A stretch of 64,000 nt of DNA from Felis catus (lineage: Eukaryota), in contig NC_058368.1 of assembly GCF_018350175.1 (NCBI RefSeq), positions 27,282,001 to 27,346,000 on the forward strand. The letters are read 5' to 3'. The notes under the pieces are model-generated. The model was given only the letters and a program-made list of their open reading frames with translations. It was not told the DNA's origin and did no database searches. Each line of letters opens with the position of its first letter. Within the stretch, counting starts at the first letter, position 1. Positions 63,591-64,000 of the stretch are shown one piece after another. The translations under genes were made by a program, and so were the position numbers.

Positions 63591-64000
63591 GTGAGGCCCA
63601 GCATCCTTTGCTTCCTGGTCAGAGTGAACCGCTGCACACCTGCCTGGCATATGCCAGCACGGTTTTCATGCCTCAGCTGGGCATGTGCCTCAGTGACTGA
63701 AGAGTGGGTGCTAGCAGGTCCAGGGGACAGAACGTCTTACTCCGAGTGTGACAGGTGAGGCCTCTGTACTGAGCTCTGGCACCAGATTCAAATCGCCCAG
63801 CCCCCAGCGTGAGTGACCTTCACAGAACCTTTGATAGGCTTTTACCTCCTGCTCACTCCAAATTTGGTTTTTGGGTGCAGGCTCCACGCACAGGAAAGAT
63901 CTGACAGACTTCGTTCGGCAGTCGTTGCTTCCCTGAACCAATTTTGGTGCAAATTTTGAAATTCTCTTCACTTGTGTTATAGTTTCAAATATGGACACAG

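Noticed and set aside
19686..64000. Next ENOX1 exon (DSICVPGFDP...)
   Set aside because: Not found by eye or in the ORF track; presumed outside the window rather than lost.
1..64000. CRISPR array, operon or prokaryote-like system
   Set aside because: No regularly spaced repeat-spacer structure or dense coding; the content is mammalian intron.

Overview
Mammalian genomic DNA from a felid, inferred from about 31 carnivore CanSINE/SINEC copies (several of the young SINEC_Fc type) and L1_Fc-type 3' ends. The window lies inside ENOX1 (ecto-NOX disulfide-thiol exchanger 1) on the + strand. It holds two exons, 18538-18681 (144 nt) and 19548-19685 (138 nt), encoding ...PQMMAAAADGLGSIAIDTTQLNMSVTDPTAWATAMNNLGMVPVGLPGQQLVS. 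I did not find the next exon (DSICVPGFDP...), so it is probably beyond 64000. The rest is intron: SINEs, L1 fragments (several nested), L2/MIR relics, two LTRs, DNA-transposon MITEs and microsatellites. Nearly all ORF-track entries are repeat-derived or random. Main observations: (1) the codon matching the human/mouse ENOX1 start is GTC here, so the N-terminus must be made differently; (2) the two exons form a stop-free, phase-symmetric 282-nt unit between inverted SINEs, so a back-spliced circle would have an endless ORF; (3) two chained uORFs end in an AUGA overlap with the first in-frame ATG; (4) a perfect IR3 steroid-receptor palindrome; (5) a probable short L1 3' transduction. Gene and repeat names come from memory, not database searches. 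Boundaries of old repeats are approximate. No new biological system is demonstrated; the findings are testable hypotheses.
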